Assembly: GCA_050789445.1 (NCBI GenBank)
Contig: JAILXR010000001.1
Coordinates: 37,009-101,008, forward strand
Direction: 5' to 3'
Source: Cellvibrionaceae bacterium
Lineage (GTDB): Bacteria > Pseudomonadota > Gammaproteobacteria > Pseudomonadales > Cellvibrionaceae
Length of the DNA: 64,000 nt
The position numbers were made by a program, and so were the translations under genes. Below, one piece after another: positions 24,223 to 33,737 of the stretch (positions within the stretch are counted from its first letter, which is position 1; each line of letters opens with the position of its first letter). The notes under the pieces are model-generated. The model saw only the letters and a list, made by a program, of their open reading frames with translations, had not been told where the DNA came from and did no database searches.

Positions 24223-24379
24223 AGAACACAATAAATCAGTTTTAAAGTTTCGAGCTTAAATCTTTACTACTGAGCAATAGAATATTATGGGAGCGTGATT
24301 CATTAAATTTCCCCCGAGATTATGTTTCACGTTTCTATAATTTTAATAATCGAATTTATAAAACGAATGGAGAATTGTA

Positions 24380-24733
24380 ATGCCAGTGTATGATTATAAA
24401 TGTAGTGATCACGGCATATTTCATGAGTTGGCCTCGATTGCTGATCATTCAAAGCCTGCTGAATGTCCGAGTTGCAAAAAACTATCGGCGAGAGTCATCA
24501 TGTTTGCACCAAATGTTATGAAAATGGCACCTGAGAAAAAAGATGCCATTGAGCGAAATGAAGTAGCTAAGCATGAACCTCAACATTCAACAGCTGATAC
24601 TCGTGCAGAAAATGCTGAAAAACTCAAACATGGTTGCGGATGTGAACACAAAAAGAAACCATCAAAGCTGATGTATACAGCAGAGGGAAATAAGATGTTC
24701 CCTACAGCAAGACCTTGGATGATTAGTCATTAA
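24380..24733 (+). CDS. fmdB: FmdB-family putative regulatory zinc-ribbon protein
   Basis: 117 aa. The N-terminus MPVYDYKCSDHGIFHE...CPSCK is the characteristic FmdB Zn-ribbon. It is adjacent to fmdA. Confidence 0.7.
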   Translation: MPVYDYKCSDHGIFHELASIADHSKPAECPSCKKLSARVIMFAPNVMKMAPEKKDAIERNEVAKHEPQHSTADTRAENAEKLKHGCGCEHKKKPSKLMYTAEGNKMFPTARPWMISH

Positions 24734-24763
24734 TATTTGAGAAGACTAATGTGAGAGCTTCTG

Positions 24764-25003
24764 CTAAATGCTAAGTAGTTGTTTGATCTCTTCAACTCGA
24801 TTTGTTAATTCTTGATTGAGATCTTTTGGCGTTAATTTAGAAATAATGTTTGCGATAACTCTCTTTTCATTGTCATCTACAACGCCATCTCTTAAGGCTA
24901 TACCTAAAAGCATGTCGAGTTCGTTTACATTTAACTTTCCGTCATCAGAAAAGCAATTTATTGATCGAAATGTCATTTCTAGGTAGTCTGTGTTTTCGCT
25001 CAT
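24764..25003 (-). CDS. small acidic protein, possibly TerB-like; last gene of the giant-ATPase operon
   Basis: 79 aa. The start is 11 nt after the stop of the upstream zinc-ribbon gene. Helical, with a DDGKLNVNELDMLLGIALRDGVVDDNEKRVIANI pattern reminiscent of TerB/DjlA-N domains. I recognise no definite family. Confidence 0.4.
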   Translation of the reverse strand: MSENTDYLEMTFRSINCFSDDGKLNVNELDMLLGIALRDGVVDDNEKRVIANIISKLTPKDLNQELTNRVEEIKQLLSI

Positions 25004-25013
25004 AGTGATTTCC

Positions 25014-25553
25014 TTAGTGTGTTTTAAGAAGTATAAATTGTTTTATGTGTTGTTTTTCGGGATGTTTTTCTAACCATATATAAAATTCTTCGACTTTAGA
25101 AAAGTCTTTTTCTCCTAGAATTTTTTCATATCGTGATTTTTCTATATTCCATTGACGCTGTTTTCTTAAGCCCTTTTGCCAAACCTCTGTTGTGATCTGA
25201 GCAAGCTGAGTGTGTATTCCTAGATTTTTGAGTAACCTCCACTCTCCTTTGTCTAACCAGACATCATCACAATTGGAACAAAGATCTAATTTGTTTTTTT
25301 GATCCAGGCCGATTCGATATTTAAGCATAATACGGCTACATTTAGAGCAAATAATGACTTTGTTAGAATCATCGCTCTCTATCGGTAAATTATTAATGTG
25401 AGGGGAAGTTTTAAGGTCTAAATTGGACGACCAAAACCTGAAGCTAAAAAGTGAAATTAAATTACCATGACAGCTTGAGCATTCTGCAGCGACTAACCCA
25501 GTTTCTAGTTCGGTTGCTTTTAATGTTGGCTCATTACATTTAGGACAGTTCAT
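25014..25553 (-). CDS. double zinc-ribbon protein (two zf-TFIIB-like CxxC...CxxC modules)
   Basis: 179 aa. Module 1 is CPKCN...CSSCHG. Module 2 is CSKCS...CSNCDDVWLDKGEW, which matches the bacterial CxxC-x-G-x-WLD-x-GEL zinc-ribbon pattern. Its start lies 19 nt after the giant gene's stop. Confidence 0.55.
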   Translation of the reverse strand: MNCPKCNEPTLKATELETGLVAAECSSCHGNLISLFSFRFWSSNLDLKTSPHINNLPIESDDSNKVIICSKCSRIMLKYRIGLDQKNKLDLCSNCDDVWLDKGEWRLLKNLGIHTQLAQITTEVWQKGLRKQRQWNIEKSRYEKILGEKDFSKVEEFYIWLEKHPEKQHIKQFILLKTH

Positions 25554-25571
25554 TTTATTTCTCTTAAATGT

Positions 25572-28500
25572 TTAAGATTCTTTTGGTGTTTTGAGACTTT
25601 TTTTTCGTGCAGTTGGTTTCGTAGATCTAGTCTTGTTAGAATTTTTTTTGTTATTCAGTCTAAGCTCATGTAATTGCTCAGAGACATCCTGCATTTTATC
25701 GTGAGTACGCAAATCAATTTCGAATTTTTTATCCATTGTGCGAATTAAAGGAAAAATACTGTTTTCCATCGTTTCTGCTAGTGCTTTTAATAGCTTATCA
25801 ATTCCCGGTACTGGCTGATTGATCACTTCGACCTTACTTTGATTACTTTGTAATATTTTGTTTATTGAATTGAGTGTTTGTTCTGTGATTACTAGCTCTT
25901 GATTGGCTTTTTCAATGTCGTTAGATTTTCTAGTGCTAGAAGCTACTGTTTTTTCAACACTTGCATTTAATAACTTAATGCCATCAACAAGATCAACTAA
26001 TTGCGAAACAACTCTAGTTCCTGTGTTTTGATCATCGCCTCCAATAGATTTGTTTCGGATGAAATCTTTTTTGATTTGCTCCCAGCGAATGGTTTGCTCT
26101 TTTGTCATTGTCCCTCTAAGTTCAGAAAGCTTTAACAGGTTATCTTCGGTTCCCGTTGTCAATAATTGCGCCTCTCCTAGATAGTGATCGTTAATCATCT
26201 GCTGCATTTCACTATCATTCATTACAGCATTAACTTTCTCAGCCATTTTATTCATATTTCGATAACTACCTTGTAGCTTGAATGTAGGCTCAGTCCTGTA
26301 CTTATCGTTTTGTGCTGCTGACGCAATGTATTGACGATTAATCTTTAAAATAACGTCTTGTATGACAAATAGTTTTTTGAGAACTGTTGTGATTTCATTG
26401 AGCTCAGCACCACTATATTGGTGCTGTAAATCAGTTGTGGGAATATTATTGCCTTTGGCAATTTTTACTAGTTTATAAAAATCATCCATGCTTCGAGTGG
26501 CGAGCGGGGCTAAGACTTTGTTAGAAGTTAGTGCGTTCTCAATATAACTGAGAGCGAATTGCTCATCCATTCCTCCAAGTACATCACCGAGGTTATAAAT
26601 ATCTGCTCGGTTTGCGAGCATGTCAGGTATTTTAAATAGCTCACCTGATTCGGTGTATGGATTACCCGCCATGACGACGCAGAATTTCCTACCCCTCATG
26701 TCATAGGTTTTTGTTTCTCCTTTCCAGACGCCTTCTATTCGACGCGTGCCATCACAAAGAGAAATAAACTTTTGCAAAAACTCTGGGTGAGTATGTTGTA
26801 TGTCATCTAGATATAGCATGACGTTATTACCCATCTCTAAAGCAAGGTTTAATTTTTCAAGCTCTTGCCGTGCCGTTGCGTTTGGTGCTTGCTCTGGATC
26901 GAGTGATAACACATCGTGTCCAAGCGACGGGCAATTGATTTTCATAAAAATCAAACCCAAACGACTTGCGACATATTCCATAAGTGTGGTTTTACCGTAC
27001 CCCGGCGGGGATATCATCATTAGCAGACCCATGAGATCTGTTCTTTTGTTTTCGCCAAGAGTCCCCATTTGTTTTGCAAGGTTGTCGCCAATAATCGGTA
27101 AATAGGAGTCATTAATTAACTGATTACGTACAAATGAACTCAGAGGTCTTGCTTTAAAAGATTCAAGTTTTAATTGTTGTTTTTCTTTTTGAGTTATTTC
27201 ATGACGTAAGTTTAAATATCTTTTGTACGCGGGTATGACTTCAAATTTATGCTTGTTCAGTTTCAATAAAAATGCATCAAGAGCGAAAGATAATTGTCGA
27301 TTCGTTATTAATGGATGATCCCCCATTAATCCCTCGACCGTTAGCTCTAAATCTACTTCTGTGTTTCTCCGGTCTAATCGCTCTTCGCTATTAATGAGCG
27401 CAATTGCCTCAGGGATATAGCGTTTTAACTTGGATAAGTTTTTCTCTTCTACCAAGGCATTGAGCCAAGCTGAGGTGAGCTTCCAGCGCTCAGCGGGCCA
27501 ACCAATCATTTCCTCAAGTGATCGTTGATACCTCTTCCATGTTTGATCGTCCATTGATTGTCGAAGTTCTTCGGTTAATCGAACAGCGTATTTACTAACA
27601 ATGAACTCAGTGCGATCTCTACTGAGTTCGGCAACTAAGTATTCTGATGCTGAGCGAATCTCAAGTGCAGATACAGTAATTGGATTTGATGAAATGAATG
27701 AAGAAATTGCTTGCTCAATCTCTTTTGCTAGTAACTGCTTTGCATCTGCGCTGGCAAAAACAGATTCCATCTGTCCAGCTGATTCAGCGCGAGTGGGCCA
27801 AGTTTTATAGGATAAAATATTTTTATTAGCTTCTTTTGGGGTATGGCTTTGATGAAATTCTTTTTTAATATTAGCCCAGAATATTTGGGCGATAGCGCGG
27901 CTCATGGGGTTGAAATACAAGAGGTCTGCACTATCCAGTGCCGGAATTAATTTTTGTAAAATAAGGACTGAATCATGATCATGAATACCTTTTTCATAGC
28001 CTTCTTTATATCTTGGAGTCGCAAAGTCTTTAGCTATGTTATTAAGCTCGGTACTATCTAATAGCGCATGCTTGAGGATATCAGCGTTTAATCCATGTTG
28101 ATGATTTTGTGCCGCCTGTAGAATTGAAAAAGCTAAATATTCCGAGCGGTAAACATTTTCAGTTTCAGACTCTAACGAAAGATTCCAGTATGGCTGCAAT
28201 TTATTAAGCTCGTCATTATCGATAACTTCAAAAAAATCTGTTCCGGTTAAGTGGGCACTTAGTTTTCCATTTCTTGGTATTAATGTTAAATCGAGCTCTT
28301 GGGTATTCACAGAAAATTTATGATTAGGCCCCAGTTTAATGACGTTACCACCGTCCTCAAAGATATCTGTTTTATCACGCAGTGCACGAAGTGCCTGCTC
28401 TTTTGCGGCTTTAAACTGCGACTCTATATCGTCAGCTTTGACTGAGCTGTTTAATTCTCGTAATTGTTCAACGAGGTCTCGTACTTTTAAAACCAGAGCG

Positions 28501-30932
28501 TCAGAGGCAAAGTAAGTGTTGAGTGTGTCAGGATCAGTGAATTTAAGAGATCTTTTTTCAATACTTTTTACTATTCGACTAGCGGCATCTTCCACATTTT
28601 GCGCTTTACGTTGTTGTTCATCTAGAAGTTGCTGTTTGTGAGATTCGAACGATTCATATATCTCCTCACGTTTATCCATGATGTCTGAAAGAAATTGATC
28701 GAAATCACTAAATTGGCTTTCTAACTCTTCTAGTTGAATTAATAATCGAGATAACTGTTCATCACAACGGTCAGGGGTTGTAGATAGGCCGAGGGCGTTT
28801 GTAATTGTTTGTGAGAATAATTTAAATTGTGCACCAAATTGCGCAATCGCTTCTTCTGATCCTAAACTTTTTTGCTTTATTTTAGCTTCGGCTTTACTTT
28901 GATTTAATTTTGAATACACATGAGATATAGAATCGATGATGCGGGTACGAACAGTTGCATCATCGACTTTTAGTGTGCTCATTAATTCAGATAAAAGGTC
29001 TAGTCCGGCAGCTGAAGACTCAATCGCCTCAATTAAAGGGAGCAATTCTGCATTGGAGTGACTTGCCTCTACATCGTTATTTAATAAATTAATTTTTTCT
29101 AAGTATGGATCAAGTGCATTTTCTGAGGATAAAAAAATCACAGTCTTTTGGCTTAGCTCTTCTTCCTCTTTAATTAATTGTTCTTCTAATTGCTTAATGC
29201 GATTTAAATTAATGTAACGATAATCTTTTATTGTCGTAAGGTGACCTCGTTGCCGTCTAATTCGGCTGAGAGTATCAACGTATTCTTCAGCCGTCTCGTC
29301 ATTGCTGATACGTATTGCTCGAATAATAGCGTCTTGTTCATCCTCGGTTTCTGCCATCGTTTTTGCAGATTGTTGTTTGATGCTTTCGACTTTTTCAAAT
29401 TCATCGATTACGAGTTCTGCAGTCACCGCAATGCTTTTCAGCGAGTCGCTTATAGGCGAAGCTTCTTTTTCTTCTAGCCAATAATAGGCATCAAATAATT
29501 TTTGCGGGCTTTGGCTTAATTCTTCATACAATCGAACAGAAACGGATTGATTATCTATCGCTCGACAAATACTAAAAATATCCGACACACCACGCACTAA
29601 CTCTGCGTTACCAATACGCCCAAAAAATGTTTGGCTGCTAGGCGCCTTGCTTGCAAATTCATCGCTTACATAAGGCGTCTGCCAAAGTTGCATTGGATGA
29701 ACTCGTGTCGGCTCATTCTCTGCGGAAAATATAACAATGTTTCCTTCGTCAGATAGGGCATAACCATGCCCTAGAATTGGATTTTGTAAGGATTTATTTA
29801 TAAGGTTGTAGGCGAGTAGGGCGACAACACCATCGACTGGCTCATAAAAAACATAAAGTACATCTTCGCCATTGGGTGAGCGGATCGCTCGTTTAAAGCG
29901 GAGTCCAACCGTATTTGTTTCAAACGTTTTATGTTCGCCAGTTTGTAGGTAGTATCCATCAGGAAAGATAATTCCGTGATCTTCTGGTAGTTGAATACAG
30001 GATTGACCGATAGCATCGATGCGTAATATATCTTTTGTAAATGGGTTGTAAATTAGATGGCGCCAAACATCTTCTCTGTAAGGCAATATTTTAAGTAATA
30101 TCAATTCGCCGACAGACGCGTATTGAACCTCAACATCATCCAGTGATTGAGTTGAATCTTCTACTGGCTCTCTATAAATACCCAAGCCGTCTTCCGTGTT
30201 GTTTTCGATTTTTATGGTAAGATCGCCCGCCAAAGTTTCAACAAAGACGGTATCTAAAATATTAATGTGTGCATGACGACCATGAACAATATCGTCTCGT
30301 TTACATGTATGCCATTCAAAATCGTAGGAGGGTGGTAACTGGATATCGCGTTCACCACGATTATCGATATACTTTTCAACAGAGCCATCAGCCGACAGCG
30401 ACCACCTAAAGACGCGAATGTCTTCCGGCCTTTCTCCAATTTGAAAACCTGCGAGTAACTTGCCATGGTTGATGGTAAGTTCGACTAAGCGAGTGTGTTT
30501 GTAATATCTATAGAGCTCTTCAAAATCATTAGTAAAACTTTGATCAGATAAAAAAGTATTTTGAATCGCAGCGGGTTCCATTTCAATATCATCACCACTT
30601 TGATCAAGTGTAAAAAGCGCAAAGACATCATTGATCTTTGTTTCTTTTTTTAATCCGATGAAAACATTAAAACCAAAGAGCAGGTAGGGTCCTACTTGAA
30701 CGATGTCTCTGGCGATACAATTGTTTTCTGTTCTTACTCGAACACGTGCTTCGACGCTCATGTCTGAGCTACCGAACTCTGCTAGCCGTCCTTCATTTAA
30801 TTCGTTGACCAGTGATTTAAGTTGCTTACCTTGTTTGATTAAGCGTTTACTTATGATCTCGTATGCACCGCCTTCTTCAACGGCATTATCCACTATATTA
30901 TTGGCGTCAGATGACTTTTCCTGTTGTGTCAT
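25572..30932 (-). CDS. 1,786-aa protein with a single AAA+ (AAA_5/MoxR-dynein-like) ATPase core; the N-terminal, coiled-coil and C-terminal regions are unassigned
   Basis: One uninterrupted ORF. The P-loop is ISPPGYGKTTLMEY (encoded at about 26988-27017). Walker B is VMLYLDDIQH. The sensor-1-like motif is CVVMAGNPYTESGELFKIPDMLANRADIY. The ~700 aa before the ATPase are heptad-rich/helical (many E/L/K/Q runs) and the first ~450 aa appear mixed/beta. I recognise no named family. Confidence 0.8.
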   Translation of the reverse strand: MTQQEKSSDANNIVDNAVEEGGAYEIISKRLIKQGKQLKSLVNELNEGRLAEFGSSDMSVEARVRVRTENNCIARDIVQVGPYLLFGFNVFIGLKKETKINDVFALFTLDQSGDDIEMEPAAIQNTFLSDQSFTNDFEELYRYYKHTRLVELTINHGKLLAGFQIGERPEDIRVFRWSLSADGSVEKYIDNRGERDIQLPPSYDFEWHTCKRDDIVHGRHAHINILDTVFVETLAGDLTIKIENNTEDGLGIYREPVEDSTQSLDDVEVQYASVGELILLKILPYREDVWRHLIYNPFTKDILRIDAIGQSCIQLPEDHGIIFPDGYYLQTGEHKTFETNTVGLRFKRAIRSPNGEDVLYVFYEPVDGVVALLAYNLINKSLQNPILGHGYALSDEGNIVIFSAENEPTRVHPMQLWQTPYVSDEFASKAPSSQTFFGRIGNAELVRGVSDIFSICRAIDNQSVSVRLYEELSQSPQKLFDAYYWLEEKEASPISDSLKSIAVTAELVIDEFEKVESIKQQSAKTMAETEDEQDAIIRAIRISNDETAEEYVDTLSRIRRQRGHLTTIKDYRYINLNRIKQLEEQLIKEEEELSQKTVIFLSSENALDPYLEKINLLNNDVEASHSNAELLPLIEAIESSAAGLDLLSELMSTLKVDDATVRTRIIDSISHVYSKLNQSKAEAKIKQKSLGSEEAIAQFGAQFKLFSQTITNALGLSTTPDRCDEQLSRLLIQLEELESQFSDFDQFLSDIMDKREEIYESFESHKQQLLDEQQRKAQNVEDAASRIVKSIEKRSLKFTDPDTLNTYFASDALVLKVRDLVEQLRELNSSVKADDIESQFKAAKEQALRALRDKTDIFEDGGNVIKLGPNHKFSVNTQELDLTLIPRNGKLSAHLTGTDFFEVIDNDELNKLQPYWNLSLESETENVYRSEYLAFSILQAAQNHQHGLNADILKHALLDSTELNNIAKDFATPRYKEGYEKGIHDHDSVLILQKLIPALDSADLLYFNPMSRAIAQIFWANIKKEFHQSHTPKEANKNILSYKTWPTRAESAGQMESVFASADAKQLLAKEIEQAISSFISSNPITVSALEIRSASEYLVAELSRDRTEFIVSKYAVRLTEELRQSMDDQTWKRYQRSLEEMIGWPAERWKLTSAWLNALVEEKNLSKLKRYIPEAIALINSEERLDRRNTEVDLELTVEGLMGDHPLITNRQLSFALDAFLLKLNKHKFEVIPAYKRYLNLRHEITQKEKQQLKLESFKARPLSSFVRNQLINDSYLPIIGDNLAKQMGTLGENKRTDLMGLLMMISPPGYGKTTLMEYVASRLGLIFMKINCPSLGHDVLSLDPEQAPNATARQELEKLNLALEMGNNVMLYLDDIQHTHPEFLQKFISLCDGTRRIEGVWKGETKTYDMRGRKFCVVMAGNPYTESGELFKIPDMLANRADIYNLGDVLGGMDEQFALSYIENALTSNKVLAPLATRSMDDFYKLVKIAKGNNIPTTDLQHQYSGAELNEITTVLKKLFVIQDVILKINRQYIASAAQNDKYRTEPTFKLQGSYRNMNKMAEKVNAVMNDSEMQQMINDHYLGEAQLLTTGTEDNLLKLSELRGTMTKEQTIRWEQIKKDFIRNKSIGGDDQNTGTRVVSQLVDLVDGIKLLNASVEKTVASSTRKSNDIEKANQELVITEQTLNSINKILQSNQSKVEVINQPVPGIDKLLKALAETMENSIFPLIRTMDKKFEIDLRTHDKMQDVSEQLHELRLNNKKNSNKTRSTKPTARKKSLKTPKES

Positions 30933-31016
30933 TGTCTTTGTCCTTCCAGCAAATGAAGAGAATAAATGTGGGGTGAGGAGATGTAGATAACCTCACTCCG
31001 TATTTATTGAGATTGG

Positions 31017-32984
31017 CTATTCTTTATCAGCCGCTTCTTTGCTTTTTGTACCGGACGAAGTACCGCTAGGTGTTTGAGTCACTTTGTTGACTAAAGCCGC
31101 AACAGTACTACTTTTATCCGCTAACCCATCAATCGCTTTACCGATAGAAAGTGATTTGGCGAAATTATTGAAGAAGTGATCTTCACCGCCGACGATATCG
31201 ATCTTCGCTCGTTGCAATGCGGTCGCAAGGACTTCTGCGTTTTCTTTCGCGATATCTTTTCCTGCTTCAATCGAAGCTAGTACTTCTTTCAGTGCAGTTT
31301 CTAAGCCCATTCGATATTCTTCATGCGCTCTTGCATCGTCACTCATCGTACCCATCGCTTCGAATTTATCCATCAAGCCATCCGCTTCTGCTTTAAATTG
31401 TTCGCGAGTCACTTCCGCTCCAGACATGCCAATTTCTTTGTTAGCTTTTGCTTCAGAGCTACCTTTAGCTGCAATAACATCAGCTTCAGATGTTCCAACT
31501 GAGCGGTGAGCTGCGGCTTCTGCATCGCCTTTAGCTTGTATGACGTGCGCTTCCGCAACACCTTCCTTCTCTAGTGCATCTGCTTTAGCTTCTTGTACCT
31601 TCGCATCAGCAAGCCCTGGTGCAGCACGTTCAGCTTGCACACCTTCAGAAAGCTTTTTCATTGCATCAGCTTCTTTCGCAGTAGCTTCCAATTTAGCTTG
31701 TGCAATTGTCGTTATTTCTACTGCTTTATGCTGAGCCGATAACTCTTCAGCTTCAGCAGCTTTGACTAATTTAACTTTATCTTCTTCGGCGATTGCTTCA
31801 GCCGAAAGGACTTGTACTTGTTTCAGTCGATCCGCTTCTGAGACTTCTCGTACCTCTTTGATTTTTTCTTCTTCGATAGCAACTGTTTTGTCGACAGCGA
31901 CACGCTCTCTGATAACGTTTGCGATTTCTTTCTTCTCAACTTCGACGGCTTTTTCAGCCTCGATTCTTTGTAGTTCTACCTCTCTTTCGCGAGAAACAAT
32001 CTCTAGATCCTTGGCTCTAGTAACTTTTTCGATTTCGATGACAACTGCACGCTGTCTATTTTGCTCTGCAACTTCTATTTCTCTTTTTTGGTTTTCTGTT
32101 TGTACAGCAAGATCTTGTTCTACAAAAATCGTTGTAGACTCAGCCTTTTTTCGTTCTTCTTCCTGCACTTTAATTGTTTCGGCTTCTTCTCTGGCTTGAA
32201 TTGTAGCGACTTCTCTTGCCTGACGAGCTTCAGCATCTTTCTGTTGTCGTTCCAGTTCGAGCATAGCCTCAACGGTTTCGACATTCTTCTTTTTGATGGC
32301 AAGCTCTTCATCTTTCTCAAGTATATTTGTACGAACATTTTGAGTTGCTGTTAATTCGGTAATCTTTTTAATACCTTCAGAGTCCAAAATATTGCTTGGG
32401 TCTAATGATACTTTTGGTGTTTGTTCTAGGTAATCGATTGCAACGTCTTCAAGAACATAACCATTTAGATCATTGCCGATGACCTCAATAATTTTATCTC
32501 TAAATTCTTGTCTGTTTTCAAAGAGCTGAACAAATTCTATTTGCTTGCCAACTGTTTTTAATGCCTCAGAAAATTTTGCATTAAAAAGATCATTGACTGC
32601 GTCTCGATCAGAAGCTCGGCTGGCACCTAAAGATTTTGCAACTTTGAGAACATCTTCAGGTGTTTCATTAACTCTTAAATAAAAGGCAACTGTGATGTCT
32701 GCTCTCATATTATCTTGGCAGATCAACCCATCTTTACCTCTTCGGTCAACCTCCATTGTGATCAGAGAAATTCGCATTAATTCCTTTTTATGTATAACAG
32801 GGATGATCCAGGAACCTGTGAAAAATACTTTTGGTCTTGAACTTAAATCATTTTTAATTAAAGCAACGCCTTGCTCGACTTTGACATAAAAGGCTTTGAA
32901 TAAGGCAGCCATAACGACTAAAAAAAGAAAAAAACCACCAACAAAAACCAGCAACCCCATGAAACTAGGTAAATACTCAGACAT
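31017..32984 (-). CDS. flotillin / SPFH (band-7) domain protein, YqiK-like, with a long E/A/K-rich coiled-coil tail
   Basis: 655 aa. An N-terminal TM helix is followed by an SPFH domain (VEQGVALIKNDLSS...MRISLITMEVD...GLICQDNMRADITVAFYLRV). The coiled coil is extensive (EAEKAVEVEKKEIANVIRERVAVDKT...). It is paired with an upstream YqiJ/NfeD-like gene. Confidence 0.85.
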   Translation of the reverse strand: MSEYLPSFMGLLVFVGGFFLFLVVMAALFKAFYVKVEQGVALIKNDLSSRPKVFFTGSWIIPVIHKKELMRISLITMEVDRRGKDGLICQDNMRADITVAFYLRVNETPEDVLKVAKSLGASRASDRDAVNDLFNAKFSEALKTVGKQIEFVQLFENRQEFRDKIIEVIGNDLNGYVLEDVAIDYLEQTPKVSLDPSNILDSEGIKKITELTATQNVRTNILEKDEELAIKKKNVETVEAMLELERQQKDAEARQAREVATIQAREEAETIKVQEEERKKAESTTIFVEQDLAVQTENQKREIEVAEQNRQRAVVIEIEKVTRAKDLEIVSREREVELQRIEAEKAVEVEKKEIANVIRERVAVDKTVAIEEEKIKEVREVSEADRLKQVQVLSAEAIAEEDKVKLVKAAEAEELSAQHKAVEITTIAQAKLEATAKEADAMKKLSEGVQAERAAPGLADAKVQEAKADALEKEGVAEAHVIQAKGDAEAAAHRSVGTSEADVIAAKGSSEAKANKEIGMSGAEVTREQFKAEADGLMDKFEAMGTMSDDARAHEEYRMGLETALKEVLASIEAGKDIAKENAEVLATALQRAKIDIVGGEDHFFNNFAKSLSIGKAIDGLADKSSTVAALVNKVTQTPSGTSSGTKSKEAADKE

Positions 32985-33001
32985 AATGAACTCCTTTCTG
33001 T

Positions 33002-33691
33002 TTATATTTTGTTTTCAAATTCCGACGCTGAAACGACACGATATACATGTTCGTTCTCGATATATTCGAGAAGTGCTACCCGATCACCCCGATTAAACAC
33101 CTCTCCCTCGTAAGACCTAACTTTGACAATAAGTCCTGCACCACCATCTTCAATAGTGGCCTCACCAAATTGCTGGTCTACGCGTGTTGTCCTGACCACT
33201 GCAATTTGCCCAACTATGTTTCTCTCTACCTGCTGATTTGCAGATTTAAAAATAGGTCTTAATGGTTTGACGATGAGAGATGTGACAATCGCCGAAAGAT
33301 ATAGGGATCCAATAAAGATAGGTATCCCTGCTAAGAATTGAATTACCCCATCAGGAATAAATGGAAAAATAAAATGTACTGCGTAATAACAAATAAACCA
33401 ACCAATTAGGGACATCAATGAAACGAGAACCGGGATTGGTATTCCATTAAGGCCTAATCTAACTAATAATCCTGCTAGCACATTTAGATTTGAGAGGGAG
33501 TCTCCTGCATCAACATCTAAATCGGCTTCAGGGATGTCAAAGTTTAGAAAATCCATGTCTGCTAGTCCTAATACTGCTAAACATCCATACAAAAAGCAGA
33601 GTATTAAGAAAAAGGAAAAAATAACGGTTGGAAACGATGTAATGTTTAGATAAAACGGATCCATCGCTTCCGTTAAAAAAATGGCAAACAT
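33002..33691 (-). CDS. NfeD-like inner-membrane protein (YqiJ-like; flotillin partner with a C-terminal OB-fold)
   Basis: 229 aa. TM helices are followed by a C-terminal beta-rich segment (GQIAVVRTTRVDQQFGEATIEDGGAGLIVKVRSYEGEVFNRGDRVALLEY) typical of NfeD/YuaF OB-fold domains. It sits immediately upstream of the flotillin, as in the yqiJK arrangement. Confidence 0.7.
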   Translation of the reverse strand: MFAIFLTEAMDPFYLNITSFPTVIFSFFLILCFLYGCLAVLGLADMDFLNFDIPEADLDVDAGDSLSNLNVLAGLLVRLGLNGIPIPVLVSLMSLIGWFICYYAVHFIFPFIPDGVIQFLAGIPIFIGSLYLSAIVTSLIVKPLRPIFKSANQQVERNIVGQIAVVRTTRVDQQFGEATIEDGGAGLIVKVRSYEGEVFNRGDRVALLEYIENEHVYRVVSASEFENKI

Positions 33692-33737
33692 GTGTAGCTC
33701 CTTTTAATTGTTATTTTTCGTCAGCCGTTTTTTTAGG

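Noticed and set aside
31540-32354. Plus-strand ORFs (64-145 aa, Ser/Ala/Thr-rich) antisense to the flotillin gene
   Set aside because: Low-complexity mirror image of the E/A/K-rich coiled-coil coding strand. They have no RBS or independent support.
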